Shown in pieces: positions 24,901-24,908 of a stretch of DNA of 24,908 nt. Numbering within the stretch: position 1 is the first letter of the stretch; each line of letters starts with the position of its first letter. The notes below the pieces were generated by a model. The model ran no database searches, was not told the DNA's origin, and saw nothing but the letters and a program-made list of their open reading frames with translations. The DNA is taken from positions 1 through 24,908 of IMG/VR virus record IMGVR_UViG_3300020432_000049; one strand, given 5' to 3'. Origin of the DNA: a virus (Duplodnaviria > Caudoviricetes). Position numbers and translations under genes: made by a program.

Positions 24901-24908
24901 TTTGTAAT

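Overview
This window is part of a T4-like cyanomyovirus genome (most likely infecting Prochlorococcus or Synechococcus). It is AT-rich, gene-dense, and almost entirely coded on the minus strand. Reading the minus strand from the right end: a structured 5' leader RNA and a small outer-membrane beta-barrel-like gene, a terminator, glutaredoxin, several small hypotheticals, thyX, a psbN-like gene missed by the ORF track, phoH, a PD-(D/E)XK exonuclease, gp33, a DUF1825-like gene (no gp59 here), gp32 SSB and more hypotheticals. A plus-strand island holds gp48 and gp53. The minus-strand tail/baseplate module follows: gp4, gp2, a gp54/tube-like gene, gp26, gp51, two long tape-measure-like proteins (one with a C39-like cysteine peptidase domain) and a gp27-like hub. 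Then come the auxiliary metabolic genes cp12 and cpeT, gp5, a Phd/YefM-like small protein and a 2OG-Fe(II) oxygenase. The main finding is a canonical T_TTT_TTC slippery heptamer at the end of 'gp26'. A -1 shift there fuses it in frame to 'gp51', directly upstream of the tape-measure-like gene, which matches the lambda G/GT tail-chaperone frameshift layout. Also notable are a switch-like leader RNA upstream of the beta-barrel gene and a 108-codon insert in gp5 bounded by 12-bp direct repeats. All family calls come from motif recognition and gene order; no database searches were run.
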